From: Candidatus Omnitrophota bacterium
GTDB lineage: Bacteria; Omnitrophota; Gorgyraeia; Zapsychrales; Zapsychraceae
Assembly (NCBI GenBank): GCA_029261065.1
Contig: JAJDCB010000011.1
Span: 111,168-175,167, forward strand
DNA: 64,000 nucleotides
Direction: 5' to 3'
This document shows, piece after piece, positions 63,678 to 64,000 of this stretch. The position numbers were made by a program, and so were the translations under genes. Under the pieces are notes generated by a model. It ran no database searches. It saw only the letters and a program-made list of their open reading frames with translations, and was not told where the DNA came from. Within the stretch, counting starts at the first letter, position 1; each line of letters begins with the position of its first letter.

Positions 63678-64000
63678 TTATTTTATTGTTGTTTTTTTGT
63701 TGTCTTTTGCAGCCGGTGTCGTGTGTGCAAATGAAAAACGTTTACGCAGAAAAGAGGCTCTCATAGTTGCGGAACAAACAGGAGAAGTGGCGGCGCTGTA
63801 TGGGTTGAGGAATGGAGAGCTTACAAATTGTATCGAGAAATCTGTCAAACGACCATGTGAAAGTTCGTGGGTAACTTGTATTGAAGATGCTTGGGTGGTG
63901 GCCATAAATGTAGGGGAGATGTGTCCTGTTAAGCACGATGGGCGTTTGAGTGTCACGATTGTTGTCAATGATATTACAGGACAAATCATATCTAAATTTC
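63658..64000 (+). CDS. Hypothetical exported protein, 3'-partial
   Basis: ATG 63658: MKVLWRSYFIVVFLLSFAAGVVCA-NEKRL... open to the window end; overlaps the transporter stop. Confidence 0.65.
   Translation, partial: MKVLWRSYFIVVFLLSFAAGVVCANEKRLRRKEALIVAEQTGEVAALYGLRNGELTNCIEKSVKRPCESSWVTCIEDAWVVAINVGEMCPVKHDGRLSVTIVVNDITGQIISKF

Noticed and set aside
63678-63989. Minus-strand ORFs at the right edge
   Set aside because: A plus-strand ORF from 63658 with a clear signal peptide, co-oriented with the operon, explains the region better.

Overview
AT-rich bacterial chromosome segment. The gene content (giant multi-enzyme ORF, several TMTC/GT-C-TPR proteins) resembles Ca. Omnitrophota, but that assignment is inference only. 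The first 23.4 kb is the 3' part of one giant ORF (>7,800 aa; the frame is open at the left edge). It is a string of unrelated modules: transglutaminase-like+TPR, NadD-like nucleotidyltransferase, GT4, HEAT, FabD-like acyltransferase, SAM methyltransferases, LspA-like, histidine phosphatase, possible GNAT and SelO-like domains, and a duplicated helical module. Module boundaries are repeatedly marked by a Ser-Ser-Pro-hydrophobic motif (17 strict SSP copies with mixed Ser codons). The ORF also contains two internal signal-peptide-like segments and one RAPP motif. I interpret it as a candidate motif-delimited polyprotein or cassette array, and it is the main finding. The rest is mostly housekeeping: a nucleotidyltransferase/small-protein pair, mutL, mutS (bracketed by an inverted pair of ~220-260 bp palindromic elements), comM, an ORF6N pseudogene, accA, rlmN and glycosyltransferases. 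It continues with tRNA-Leu(CAA) and tRNA-Ala(GGC) enclosing a GIY-YIG nuclease with six covarying hairpins and a 136-bp tandem repeat, then a MITE-like element, a BirA-type operator ahead of iscS-birA-bioF-bioH-bioC-bioDA-mnmA-trhO-pgi, tatA/tatC and an SLC12-like transporter. All domain calls are from motif recognition by eye; no searches were run.
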